From contig JAKAAG010000001.1 in the NCBI GenBank assembly GCA_021797085.1, positions 6,814-70,813 on the forward strand: DNA of 64,000 nucleotides, written 5' to 3'. Source of the DNA: Nanobdellota archaeon. Lineage in GTDB: Archaea; Nanobdellota; Nanobdellia; Parvarchaeales; Parvarchaeaceae. Position numbers and translations under genes: made by a program. This document shows positions 38,493-47,067 of this stretch, piece after piece. How positions within the stretch are numbered: position 1 is the stretch's first letter; the number at the start of each line of letters is the position of its first letter. The notes under the pieces were generated by a model. That model did not search any database, was not told the DNA's origin, and was given only the letters and a program-made list of their open reading frames with translations.

Positions 38493-39820
38493 TAAAGGTA
38501 AAAGCATTTGGAGGATATAGTAAAATAGGAAAAAGCATGACTGCAATAGAAGTTGACGGTGAAATAGTATTAACCGACATGGGTGCAGACATAGAGAAAC
38601 TGGTTAATTTTGAGGAGGATAAAAACGACATAACTGTAAATGACCTTACGGCACTTATAGACAACGGAGTTATCCCTGATGACAGGAGTTTCTTTCTAGA
38701 AGAAGGCAAAAAGGTGAAGGCAATTGTGCTTACTCATGGTCACTTGGACCATATCTGGGCAGTTCCGTTTCTTAGCCAAAAGTATAAATGCCCGGTTATA
38801 GCGACGCCTTTTACAATAAAGGTAATAGAAAACCTAATGAAAAACTTCAAGGTTAGGTCACTTAATCTAGTACAACTAAATACCGGTACAATGTACAAGA
38901 TATCAGAGAATATAAAATTGGAGCTTGTGAATATAACGCATTCTATACCAAACAGTTCAATGATAGCGCTGCACACTAAGTATGGGGTAATAGTATATGC
39001 AAATGATTGGAAATTTGACAATACACCGACGCTTGGGAAGAAGCCAGATTATGAAAGGTTAGAAGAGCTTAGAAAGGAAGGAGTATTCATTCTAATCTCT
39101 GATTCTACAAACGCAGAAGTTGACGGGTATACTTTTTCAGAAAGCGTTGTAAAGATCATGCTTGAAGACGTAATAAAGAAAAGCTTGGACAACAAAACAA
39201 TATTCATATCGACCTTTTCTTCTCATATAGCAAGGATAAAGAACATTGTAGAAATAAGCAGGAAAATGAACAGAAACGTGATGATATTCGGTAGAAGCAT
39301 GGATATGTACATAAAGGCCGCAATAAACACCGGTATAATAAACAAAGGAACTTTACCGGAAGTTACCATAAGACGGGAGCAGATAAACAATGCACTTAAA
39401 TATGTCGCAGAAAGACCTGGAAAATATGTAATTATCTGTACAGGTCACCAAGGAGAAAGAGGTGCATTCTTGGACAAGCTTGTAACCGGCCAGTACCAAT
39501 ATCGTCTTTCAAATGAGGATGCGGTGATATTTTCTTCCAGAACTATACCCACGCCGATAAATGAAGCAAACAAAGGAATGCTGAAAAGCGCACTTGAAAG
39601 CCTCAATGTTAACGTTGCAGATGACGTACATGTCTCAGGTCATGCATCAAAGAACGACCATAAACTGCTTATAAAGATGCTGATGCCAACGCATTTGATA
39701 CCTTCTCACGGTGGGATAGAAAAACTAAGCGCCAACATAGAGCTGGCAAGAGAATTTGGATATGAACTTAACAAAAATTCACATATAATCCTTGACGGTC
39801 AGGAAATAACTTTCGAGTAA
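38489..39820 (+). CDS. rnj: Ribonuclease J (beta-CASP)
   Basis: GGYSKIGKSMT, THGHLDH, THSIP, DWKFD, DSTN, HVSGHA, PSHG. Confidence 0.93.
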   Translation: MIKVKAFGGYSKIGKSMTAIEVDGEIVLTDMGADIEKLVNFEEDKNDITVNDLTALIDNGVIPDDRSFFLEEGKKVKAIVLTHGHLDHIWAVPFLSQKYKCPVIATPFTIKVIENLMKNFKVRSLNLVQLNTGTMYKISENIKLELVNITHSIPNSSMIALHTKYGVIVYANDWKFDNTPTLGKKPDYERLEELRKEGVFILISDSTNAEVDGYTFSESVVKIMLEDVIKKSLDNKTIFISTFSSHIARIKNIVEISRKMNRNVMIFGRSMDMYIKAAINTGIINKGTLPEVTIRREQINNALKYVAERPGKYVIICTGHQGERGAFLDKLVTGQYQYRLSNEDAVIFSSRTIPTPINEANKGMLKSALESLNVNVADDVHVSGHASKNDHKLLIKMLMPTHLIPSHGGIEKLSANIELAREFGYELNKNSHIILDGQEITFE

Positions 39821-39851
39821 AGGATAAAAACGAAAACAATCTTGTATTAGA

Positions 39852-42200
39852 ATGGCCGAAGACAGTAAGATATTTGAAGAAAATAAGAATTGGAGTAGAA
39901 AACTAGAGAAAGAGATAGAGGGAAAAGTAAATTCGCTTAAATGGAATTTTTCTCCGTCTTCTGGAAAAAATATCTTTTCGATTGATACTCCTCCCCCTTA
40001 TACATCTGGAAGACCCTGGCATCTTGGTGCAGCAGCCCAGTACTCAAAGATAGACGCAATTGCAAGATCGCAGAGAATGCTTGGAAAGGAAGTTCTGTTT
40101 CCTATTGGAATGGACAGAAATGGAATACCGGTAGAAAGGTACGCTGAAAAGAAATATGACATAAGGATGAGGGACACTCCTAGGGAAAAGTTCATAGACC
40201 TGTGCAGGGAATCACTTGATGAGCTGGAAAAAGAAATGTTTGATATTTTAAGGTCATTCGCATATTCAGCAGATTTTGACCAGGTTTACAGAACCGACTC
40301 CGTTGAATACAGAAAACTTACACAAAGCACTTTCATAGAGATGTGGAAAAAGGGGAGAATAATAAGAGGCACACGGCCAAGCAATTACTGCATAGACTGC
40401 GGCACGACAATAGCCGATGCAGAGATAGAGTACAAGGAAATGGACACTAGCTTAGTTTATTTTTATTTCAAGATAAAAGATTCGAATAAGAAAATACTCG
40501 TTGCAAGCACACGCCCTGAGCTTTTGGGAGCATGCTCTGCAATACTTGTAAACCCTGAAGATGAAAGATTTAAGGACTTTGTTAATAAAACGGCCATTAC
40601 GCCGATATACAACAGGGAAGTAAAGATAATAGCACATAGCTATGCAAAAGCCGAATTCGGCAGCGGAGCGGTTATGATATGCAGCTATGGGGATTACAAT
40701 GACGTAATGATAATAAAGGAACTGCAGCTCCCTGAAAACATCATAATAGACACAAATGGAAGGATGAATGAGAACGCAGGAGATAAACTTAAAGGAATGA
40801 AAGTAAAGGAAGCAAGGAAAGAAATAATCTCTATGCTTCAAGAAGCAGGCTGTGTAGAAAAGATAGAGGATATACAGCATAGAACACCAATGTGTGAAAG
40901 AAGTAAAACGCCCATAGAGATAATCCCTCTTGACGAATACTACCTTAAAGTCACTGATATAAAAGACAAATTGGAAGAGCTTGCCAATGAACTTACGATG
41001 ATCCCAGAACAGCACAAGCAAATACTTATAAACTGGCTTAAGGTCTCTACGGACTGGCCCATTTCCAGAAGGAGATATTACGGGACGGAAATACCGTTAT
41101 GGTACTGCAAAAAATGCAATGAACCCTATGTACCTGAAGAAGGCAAGTATTACCAACCATGGAAGGAGAACCCTCCAGAAGGAGCAGTATGCTCAAAATG
41201 CGGCGGAAAAGAATTCGTAGGAGATGACAGAACTTTTGACACTTGGATGGATTCAAGCGTTTCTGCTTTGTATGTTACAAAATACCTCTCAGACAAAAAT
41301 TTCTATGAAAAAACATACCCGCTTAGCTTGAGGACGCAGGGAATAGATATAATAAGAACTTGGCTTAATTACAGCATACTGCGCTGTTATCTTTTAACAG
41401 ATAAGCTGCCATGGGAAAAGGCCTGGATAGATGGTATGGGCTTAGATGAGCATGGAGAAAAAATGTCAAAATCAAAGGGCAATGGGATAGACCCCACAAT
41501 TGTAATAGAAAAATATGGGGCTGACGCATTCAGATTCTGGGCTGCTTCGGAAGCTCTGCCGGGAAGCAATTTCCTTTTCTCTGAGAGCCGACTACAGGGA
41601 AGCGCTAAATTCTTGACAAAACTGTGGAATGTTGCAAGGCTTATAAACAAATTTGGAAATTCATATGATATCAATGAAATACAACTTAATGAAAGCGATA
41701 AGTGGATAATTGCTTATATGGAAAAATTGACAGAAGAATGTAGAAAAGGCTATGAAGAATTGAACCCGTTTATTCCTGCAAATAGAGTAAGGGAATTCAT
41801 GTGGAATGTATTTGCACCCCATTATATAGAATTGGTAAAGGCAAGAGCGTACGGCGAAAGCTTTTCCGAAAATGAGAAGAAATCTGCAATTTATGCTCTT
41901 AATTACGTTTTTAGAAGAATACTTCTATTGATGTCACCCATAACTCCTTTCATAACACAAACTTTGTGGAGTACGCTTTACAAAGAAGAATCCATACATT
42001 ACCAAATGATACCGGAAGCAAAAGGGTATGATGACAAACTTCTACTTCTTGGGGATAGAATAATGGAATTCAATAGCAAAGTATGGAACGCCAAAAAGGA
42101 GCAAAAGCTTTCTTTGAGAGATGCAATAAAAATCGAAATACCGCGAGATCTAGAGCCGTTTGAAAAGGATTTAAAGAGCATGCACAACATAATAAATTGA
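39852..42200 (+). CDS. valS: Valyl-tRNA synthetase
   Basis: IDTPPPY, HLGA, DWPISRRRYYG, DTWMDSS, KMSKS. Confidence 0.95.
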   Translation: MAEDSKIFEENKNWSRKLEKEIEGKVNSLKWNFSPSSGKNIFSIDTPPPYTSGRPWHLGAAAQYSKIDAIARSQRMLGKEVLFPIGMDRNGIPVERYAEKKYDIRMRDTPREKFIDLCRESLDELEKEMFDILRSFAYSADFDQVYRTDSVEYRKLTQSTFIEMWKKGRIIRGTRPSNYCIDCGTTIADAEIEYKEMDTSLVYFYFKIKDSNKKILVASTRPELLGACSAILVNPEDERFKDFVNKTAITPIYNREVKIIAHSYAKAEFGSGAVMICSYGDYNDVMIIKELQLPENIIIDTNGRMNENAGDKLKGMKVKEARKEIISMLQEAGCVEKIEDIQHRTPMCERSKTPIEIIPLDEYYLKVTDIKDKLEELANELTMIPEQHKQILINWLKVSTDWPISRRRYYGTEIPLWYCKKCNEPYVPEEGKYYQPWKENPPEGAVCSKCGGKEFVGDDRTFDTWMDSSVSALYVTKYLSDKNFYEKTYPLSLRTQGIDIIRTWLNYSILRCYLLTDKLPWEKAWIDGMGLDEHGEKMSKSKGNGIDPTIVIEKYGADAFRFWAASEALPGSNFLFSESRLQGSAKFLTKLWNVARLINKFGNSYDINEIQLNESDKWIIAYMEKLTEECRKGYEELNPFIPANRVREFMWNVFAPHYIELVKARAYGESFSENEKKSAIYALNYVFRRILLLMSPITPFITQTLWSTLYKEESIHYQMIPEAKGYDDKLLLLGDRIMEFNSKVWNAKKEQKLSLRDAIKIEIPRDLEPFEKDLKSMHNIIN

Positions 42201-42404
42201 ATGGAAATAAAGTTAAATAACATAAATTTTGGAGAAAAACTCGTAAAAATCGACAATGACTCTGTAACAGAGCTCCTTGAAAAACTTTCACTTAATGATG
42301 ATTCGGTAATACTCATAGGAAAAGACGGAAAAATATACACAAAAGACCAAAGAATAAAAGAAGGGGATGAAATAAACGTAGTAGAGGTCTTTTCAGGAGG
42401 GTAA
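42201..42404 (+). CDS. Ubiquitin-like sulfur carrier (SAMP/MoaD/ThiS)
   Basis: 67 aa beta-grasp fold ending VFSGG; coupled to a tRNA thiolase. Confidence 0.88.
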   Translation: MEIKLNNINFGEKLVKIDNDSVTELLEKLSLNDDSVILIGKDGKIYTKDQRIKEGDEINVVEVFSGG

Positions 42405-43315
42405 TGGAATGCGAAATCTGCGGCTCAGAAGCAGTCATATCAACTAACAATGGCACGCTTTGCGCTGACCACTTCAAGCAAAGATTTGAGGAGATAGCCC
42501 TTTCCACAATCAAAAAATACAAGCTTATTGAAAAGGGAGAAAAAATAGCTGTAGCAAATTCTGGTGGAAAAGATTCATTATCTCTTCTCTACATTCTTTC
42601 AAAATACTTCAAAAAATCGAACGAAATCGTTTCAATAACCATAGATGAAGGGATAAAGGGCTACAGAGACAAAACAATAGAAATAATGAAGGATTACTGC
42701 AATAGATACGGGGTAGAGTATAAGGTATACTCTTATAAAGATTTTACTGGCAGAACCATGGATTCAATAACAAAAACAAGGGCAGGCATACCCTGTTCTG
42801 CATGCGGTGTGCTTAGAAGATACCTTATAAACTACGCTGCCTCGGAGGTTCATGCAGACAAAGTTGCAACAGCCCACAACATGGACGATGAAGCAGAGAA
42901 TGTAATAATGAACCTTGTACAGAATGATATTGAGAAGATGGTAAGGCTTGGTGCTTACTCTGGGGTTATAAAGGAAGAGGGGTTTGTTCCCAGAATAAAA
43001 CCTTTCCTTTTTCTGAGTGAGAAAGAAACGATGCTTTTTTCCATGTTAAATGGAATAAATGCCCTGCATACTCCCTGCCCATATGCAGGAATGGGCTTTA
43101 GGGGGCTAATTTCCAGAAAAATAAAGGAGGTAGAAAGTGAATTCATGGGGTCAAAAAGAAATGTAATTGATGCAATGTTGGAGATAAAGAAAGCATATAA
43201 CACAAAAACTGGCATAAAGATGAATAAGTGCAAGTACTGTGGTTTTCCCTCTGCAAACGACATTTGCGAGGCATGTAAGTTAAAGAAAGAGCTTGTAAAA
43301 AGCCCTACAATTTAA
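42404..43315 (+). CDS. tRNA 2-thiolation protein (TtuA/NcsA family)
   Basis: N- and C-terminal zinc fingers, SGGKDS, CSACGVLRR, TAHNMDD, CPY. Confidence 0.92.
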   Translation: MECEICGSEAVISTNNGTLCADHFKQRFEEIALSTIKKYKLIEKGEKIAVANSGGKDSLSLLYILSKYFKKSNEIVSITIDEGIKGYRDKTIEIMKDYCNRYGVEYKVYSYKDFTGRTMDSITKTRAGIPCSACGVLRRYLINYAASEVHADKVATAHNMDDEAENVIMNLVQNDIEKMVRLGAYSGVIKEEGFVPRIKPFLFLSEKETMLFSMLNGINALHTPCPYAGMGFRGLISRKIKEVESEFMGSKRNVIDAMLEIKKAYNTKTGIKMNKCKYCGFPSANDICEACKLKKELVKSPTI

Positions 43316-43349
43316 AAGTTTAAATATAAAAAAGAGCAGTAAGCTTTAT

Positions 43350-44639
43350 ATGGAAAGCGATGATAGTCAAAACACGACAAAAGACTATGAGTCTTATCTT
43401 ACAGGAATTGACAAGTTCAATAGTTCTATAAGTACCTTGATTTCTGATTTATACAAAAAGATAGACATGCTAAACCAGCAGAATATAGCACTGGACAACA
43501 AAATAAACAGAATTGACAATACAACCGAGCTTGAAGGCAGGATCTCTAAGATAAACTCCGATATATCTTCTCTTTCAAATGCTGTAAACAGCGCGATATC
43601 TGCATTTAATTCTTCGATAGAAAAAATGAATGATGCTTACAACGACTCAGCGGCAAAAATAAACAAATTAAACGAATCCTTTAATTTTATTCACTCTAAC
43701 ATGGAGGAACTTTCCGATAACGTAAATAAGGCAATAGAAAACTTTAACGGTGTGGCAAAGGCCATAAACCTGAAAGACAAAGATTATAGTGACAACATTA
43801 AGAGGATAGAGGAAGGCATAATGGCTATTTCACGCCAATATGAAGTAGCAATGACAAACATGAAGGAAACTGCTTCAAACCTGTCAGCAGTAGACAATGA
43901 ACTGCAGGAAAAACTGGATAAACTGAATGAAACGGTATATTCATCATTGCCAAGCATAAATTCATTTTCAGATGATATAAACGAGCTCAAAAAATATAAG
44001 GTAGAATCAGAAAGCAAATTTGACAAAGTGATTAACACGGTAAATTCACTAACCGTAGAAATAAACGGTCTTAATCTAAAGATGGAGACAGTAAGCAGTG
44101 AATTCGAGAATATACAAAAGGGGATAAACGACACGCAAAATCATATTAATGACTTCATGAACAGTGCAAGGTCGACTTTGTCCACAATAACCTCTTATAA
44201 CCCTGCAGAACTTGTTATAGAGCTTAGAAAAACGCAGGATAAAACTGAGGTTATGTCCGGAGAAATTGAAAAGATAGTAGACACAAACAACAATCTTTCG
44301 AAATCGATTACTGAGCTTTCAAACAGGGTGAATTCACTTTCAGTAGTAAAGAATGCATCAAAGCTTTTCGAAAACGTGGAAAACGTATATAAAAACGTAG
44401 AAGACAGTGAAAATAGAGTCAATTCCCAGACTTCTAAGATAGAAGTGATGTTCAATCAGATAAATTCAAACATGAACAAGTTCATGGACTTAAGCACTAA
44501 GATAAATGATTTAAATAAAAGACTGTCAGAGATAGAAGGTACGGTTAACAAGATAAATAGCGGCCTTTCACTATTTGCAACAAAGGACGATGTGGTCGAA
44601 TTGCAAAACAAGCTATACTCACAAGACACAAAGAAATAA
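43350..44639 (+). CDS. Long coiled-coil protein of unknown function
   Basis: Heptad periodicity over about 400 aa, N/S/K/E-rich, no TM segment and no P-loop. Confidence 0.75.
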   Translation: MESDDSQNTTKDYESYLTGIDKFNSSISTLISDLYKKIDMLNQQNIALDNKINRIDNTTELEGRISKINSDISSLSNAVNSAISAFNSSIEKMNDAYNDSAAKINKLNESFNFIHSNMEELSDNVNKAIENFNGVAKAINLKDKDYSDNIKRIEEGIMAISRQYEVAMTNMKETASNLSAVDNELQEKLDKLNETVYSSLPSINSFSDDINELKKYKVESESKFDKVINTVNSLTVEINGLNLKMETVSSEFENIQKGINDTQNHINDFMNSARSTLSTITSYNPAELVIELRKTQDKTEVMSGEIEKIVDTNNNLSKSITELSNRVNSLSVVKNASKLFENVENVYKNVEDSENRVNSQTSKIEVMFNQINSNMNKFMDLSTKINDLNKRLSEIEGTVNKINSGLSLFATKDDVVELQNKLYSQDTKK

Positions 44640-44645
44640 AGATTC

Positions 44646-45113
44646 ATGGACAATAAAGGAAATAAAAAAATAAGAGAAAGACTGTTCAGAGACCGCCCAT
44701 TAAGCGGCATATCATTAAACGAATTTGAAAGGCCAACAAATGATTACAATACTAACCTTAGAAGATTCTGCATCTCATTGGGGCTTATAAGCCCTGGAGA
44801 AAGCCGGATAGCGATAGTATATCTGCTTGACATACTGCTCAAGGCAAGGAAAAGAAGGCCAGAAGGTTTGGATAGCTATGAGATAATTAAGGAACTTTAC
44901 AAGAGAAAAGTAAAGATAGTTTATGCAAACATACTTAGAGATTTAAGAAAGCTTATAGCTGTAGGATTGGTTGAAAAAAGGAACAGTCTTTATAGAATAA
45001 AGGAAAACATGAAACTCAATGAAATAATATCAAGTTTTATAAAGCCGTATATAATAGATAGAATGCTTAGCAAAATAGAAGAATACGCCAAATCGATAGA
45101 CAAAGCAGATTAG
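44646..45113 (+). CDS. Winged-helix DNA-binding protein
   Basis: LDSYEII...YANILRDLRKLIAVGLVEK...YRI wHTH pattern. Confidence 0.7.
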   Translation: MDNKGNKKIRERLFRDRPLSGISLNEFERPTNDYNTNLRRFCISLGLISPGESRIAIVYLLDILLKARKRRPEGLDSYEIIKELYKRKVKIVYANILRDLRKLIAVGLVEKRNSLYRIKENMKLNEIISSFIKPYIIDRMLSKIEEYAKSIDKAD

Positions 45114-45386
45114 TTAGTCTATTTCTGACAAAAGCTTGAATATTTTCTTGCCTTTCTGCGTAAGATTTATTATTTTCTTATGATTGCTTCCGTCAAAATA
45201 TACTAGATCCATCTTTTTCATTATCTTTATCAATCTTACTATGTAAGCATAGCTGCAGTCTATTTTCTTTGATATCATTGTAGCATAGACTGGCTGCCGG
45301 CTTTCATTTATAGCCTTCAGCAGAAGAAAGGGCTTGTCATGAAGAAACAACTTGGCCACACTCTTCTTCGAATCATCTGAACCCAT
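45114..45386 (-). CDS. Small winged-helix (MarR-like) protein
   Basis: YATMISKKIDCSYAYIVRLI...LV.F...LTQKGK. Confidence 0.78.
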   Translation of the reverse strand: MGSDDSKKSVAKLFLHDKPFLLLKAINESRQPVYATMISKKIDCSYAYIVRLIKIMKKMDLVYFDGSNHKKIINLTQKGKKIFKLLSEID

Positions 45387-45410
45387 AACTACAAAACGAT
45401 TAGCAAGTAT

Positions 45411-45953
45411 TTATAATTTTTTATAGGTTATAATCTTCAATCCTTTTGCAAAATCAATGCTTTCTTCTAAATTGTATACAAATTCAGTTGAATACTCTAT
45501 TTCAGTTATCTCCTTCATAATTTTTCTTATGTTTTCTCTGTAACTTACTTTACTGCTGTTTACCTTTAATAACAAATTGTTTGAGTTATCCAAGTTTATT
45601 TTGTATATATTAGCTATATCGTCTAGGGTACCGTCTAAAACCTCCAAAAGACCTTCTTTAATGTACGGCCTTACAAGATACTGTCTTATTTCATTTTGCA
45701 TTTTATTACCAAATGAAAGCTTGTCGCATTCAAAGATGTATTGTTTTAATGTTTCTGCTATGCCTTGTAGAGAATTCTCAAGGCCATATTTCCTGCTGTT
45801 TAATTCTGTCTTTTCCAGACTTTTGTAATTAAAATCAGGTCCATCTACAACTGCATGCATATAAGCAAGGCCCTCCTTTCTGCTTTCTAAAAGAAGCTTG
45901 AGAAGCTCAGATGCTTCCCACCTCACTTCTGTTTTCTCATCGAGTTTTTCCAT
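45411..45953 (-). CDS. Hypothetical protein
   Basis: Long ORF with genome-typical composition; ATG at 45953 preferred; no motif recognised. Confidence 0.6.
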   Translation of the reverse strand: MEKLDEKTEVRWEASELLKLLLESRKEGLAYMHAVVDGPDFNYKSLEKTELNSRKYGLENSLQGIAETLKQYIFECDKLSFGNKMQNEIRQYLVRPYIKEGLLEVLDGTLDDIANIYKINLDNSNNLLLKVNSSKVSYRENIRKIMKEITEIEYSTEFVYNLEESIDFAKGLKIITYKKL

Positions 45954-46014
45954 ATCTGAATATTCAGAAGTGGTATAATATAAAAACATTAAGTTTTATT
46001 TGCAGAGCGGTAAA

Positions 46015-46107
46015 AGGGCCCAAGGGGATTTGAACCCCTGTCAGATGGTTACTTCCAACTGAAGGCATTCGAAGCCATCAGTCCTATCCGGACTAGACTA
46101 TGGGCCC
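46015..46107 (-). tRNA. tRNA-Arg(TCG) with a 19-nt intron at 37/38 (46050-46068)
   Basis: Anticodon arm GATGG-CTTCGA|intron|A-CCATC; BHB central helix CTTC/GAAG with bulges GA|A and TA|A. Confidence 0.93.
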
Positions 46108-46150
46108 ACGATATCTTAAGAAGTGCAGGATATTTATCTTTTGACGGATT

Positions 46151-46402
46151 TTAAAATAAAGTAGGGATTACAGCTAATACCATTAGCAACACAAGGCTTG
46201 CCGTCAGAAGCAACCAATGCCTATTATAAACACTACTTGATGAAGTATAGTAAAACAAGCCGGCCAAAATAATTAAATATGTCAGCCCTAATACAAACTG
46301 GCCTGCTACCCCTAAAGAAAAAGTAAAACCTGCATATACTGCAATAGGTATAGCTACTATAAAAAATACAAATAAACGTATACTAGTGTTGTTTTCATTT
46401 AT
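46151..46402 (-). CDS. Small 3-TM membrane protein reading frame with no canonical start codon (absent from the ORF track)
   Basis: Open frame INENNTSIRLFVFFIVAIPIAVYAGF...LVLLMVLAVIPTLF*; the nearest ATG (46398) is out of frame. Confidence 0.5.
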   Translation of the reverse strand: MNENNTSIRLFVFFIVAIPIAVYAGFTFSLGVAGQFVLGLTYLIILAGLFYYTSSSSVYNRHWLLLTASLVLLMVLAVIPTLF

Positions 46403-46437
46403 TAAAATGAAGTACGCTTATATTTATAATCATAAAT

Positions 46438-47049
46438 TTATATTTCGATTATCTTTCCCTTTGGTCCGGCGTTTATTATGTTTGTTTTACCTAGCTTGTC
46501 TTCAAGCCCAAAAGTTTCATGCACATGTCCGCATATGCAGGCATCTGGCTTTGTTTTTTCTATCATGTCTCTTACTGCAGTGCTTCCTATTTTCATGTTA
46601 TTCCCTATCTTGTCAAGTTTAGTATTGTAAGGCGGAACATGCACTACCATTATCTTCTTCTTTGAGTTTTTTATGTAGTTGTAGGAGGACTGTATCTTTT
46701 TGTAAAGCTCATCCTCTGAAAGCTCATTTGGACCGATGTTAGCCAATCCGCACCCGAAGAAACCAACATCTCCAATTTTAAATGAGTAGTTATGTAAATC
46801 ATAGATTGTATCTGGATAGCGTTTCTTAAGCATGAAAATGTCGGCTTCGCTGTCATGATTGCCAGGAATCAAAGCAACCTTCTTATCCGCATCCTTAAAC
46901 GGCTTAAGCAAACCTTCAAGTCCATTTCCGAATATTGAAAGATCTCCCGCGAGTATTATCAAATCTGCTTTTTCCTTCTTTGCTTTCTTTGCAAGGGCCT
47001 CTGCAGCCTGTAAATCCCCGTGAATGTCTGAAGCAGCAAGTATTTTCAT
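46438..47049 (-). CDS. Metallophosphoesterase (calcineurin-like)
   Basis: SDIHG, AGDL, PGNHD, HVPP, CGHVHE. Confidence 0.9.
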   Translation of the reverse strand: MKILAASDIHGDLQAAEALAKKAKKEKADLIILAGDLSIFGNGLEGLLKPFKDADKKVALIPGNHDSEADIFMLKKRYPDTIYDLHNYSFKIGDVGFFGCGLANIGPNELSEDELYKKIQSSYNYIKNSKKKIMVVHVPPYNTKLDKIGNNMKIGSTAVRDMIEKTKPDACICGHVHETFGLEDKLGKTNIINAGPKGKIIEI

Positions 47050-47067
47050 AAGTTATCTACACACATA

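Noticed and set aside
43350-44639. Methyl-accepting chemotaxis protein or SMC
   Set aside because: No MCP hairpin signature (LNAAIEAARAG), no TM segments and no Walker motifs.
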